Shown piece by piece: positions 62,940 through 64,000 of a stretch of 64,000 nucleotides of DNA. This DNA comes from Sphyrna mokarran. Lineage: Eukaryota. The position numbers and the translations under genes are program-made. Under the pieces are notes generated by a model. It saw only the letters and a list, made by a program, of their open reading frames with translations, made no database searches and had not been told where the DNA came from. The first letter of the stretch is position 1. Each line of letters starts with the position of its first letter. Where the stretch lies: the NCBI GenBank assembly GCA_024679065.1, contig JAGIQG010000032.1, positions 18,662,001 to 18,726,000 of the forward strand, read 5' to 3'.

Positions 62940-64000
62940 AATGTTGAACGTTGATGTGTTGATCACCAGCTGTTCATCCAGTATTCTTAAAAGGCCTCTT
63001 CACACCGTGTCTGCATGATGACAGGGTATAATCCTTAGGCTACAGTGCCACAACCTCAGAGTTATCTACAAGCATGGTAAGGAGTTGTACCTTGCTGATG
63101 CTCTTTCCAGATCCTTCCTACCTAACACTAACTAGGCAGATCATGAGGAGGATATTGACATCATGACCATATAGCTCCTCTCAACTCATCAAACTGAAAA
63201 ACTTAAGGATGCCTTAGAGGTAGATCTCATCTGCAAGCAACTCCACTTAGTCATTATGAAAGTCTGGCCAGAATCCTCAAAAGAGCTTCCCCATGAGCTC
63301 TGCACATTCTTCTCTATGTGACAGCAGTTAACTGTACAAGACAGACTGATACTGCGCAGTCAGGAATTCATCATTCATATCAGAAGTACTGCACCAAGCA
63401 ACTCCACCAAGGATGCCCAAAGTTGGTTGCAACCAGGTACAAAACAAAGGAATCCCTATACTGACCATTGACATACGTAGACATAGAGAGAGGTATCTAG
63501 GTGGGGACCTTGCAATGCACTCAATACTATATCAAAGCAAGGAAGCATTGCACCTAAATGAGGTTGTTAACAGTGGCTGATCAAATGAAGCAGTAAACAT
63601 CATTTAGTCCTAGTCAACTCATACTCTGGTTAATTTGAAATTGATCAGCTACCAGACATGAAGAGCAATATGGTTATAAGCAAGCTCAAGAGATACTTCA
63701 ACACACTGTATCCTGCTGCATATAATGACAATGCTCATCAGTCATTTTCCAGGAGGTTCAGGGGCTCTATACATACATGGGACTTTGAACATATCATTAT
63801 AGTCCACTGTCATCCATAGCTTGACAGAAAGGGTGGGGTGTTCAGCTAAGCAACTGCTTGAGAAATCTGCTCAAGACCACACAGATTTCTATGTTGCATT
63901 CCACAGCCTGCAAAATATATGCAACAATGCATATTCTCTAGGCGCACTAGGAACATGATTCCCATGTCAAGTTCCTCTTGAAACCAAGGATCGAACCAAC
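62940..64000 (+). mobile_element. Decayed Gypsy pol (RNaseH end and integrase), runs off the window
   Basis: DHQ, LRLQ.HNLRVIYK.GKELYLADALSR, LVLVNSYSG.FEI, ISKLKRYF, WDFEHI and AKQLLEKS motifs. Confidence 0.85.

Overview
This is repeat-dense eukaryotic DNA, most likely from a shark or other elasmobranch. That assignment rests on HE1/V-SINE-type SINEs and abundant CR1/HER1 LINEs, and is an inference. I see no intact protein-coding gene, rRNA, tRNA or CRISPR array. Nearly all long ORFs in the track are fragments of CR1 ORF2 reverse transcriptase or chance ORFs in repeats. Contents: about 20 CR1 fragments of different ages, two SINE subfamilies sharing a head but with different 3' tails, a Rex1/Babar LINE, two RTE-X-like LINE pieces, three decayed Mag-like Gypsy elements plus LTR remnants with tRNA-Ser(GCT)-type primer-binding sites, Penelope-type fold-back elements with decayed hammerhead motifs, and Harbinger-like GC-rich repeats. 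Two or three isolated, phase-compatible candidate exons on the + strand suggest the window lies in long introns of an unidentified gene. The best leads are a young CR1-tailed composite retroposon carrying a fossil SINE (31.8-32.3 kb, second partial copy at 52.8 kb), a 94-bp-arm hairpin made from CR1 (42.5 kb), an inverted LTR-PBS duplication (9.8-10.5 kb), an apparent SINE tail swap between CR1 and Rex1 partners, and a templated filler at a CR1 5' junction. None amounts to a demonstrated new system. All boundaries were read by eye and are approximate.
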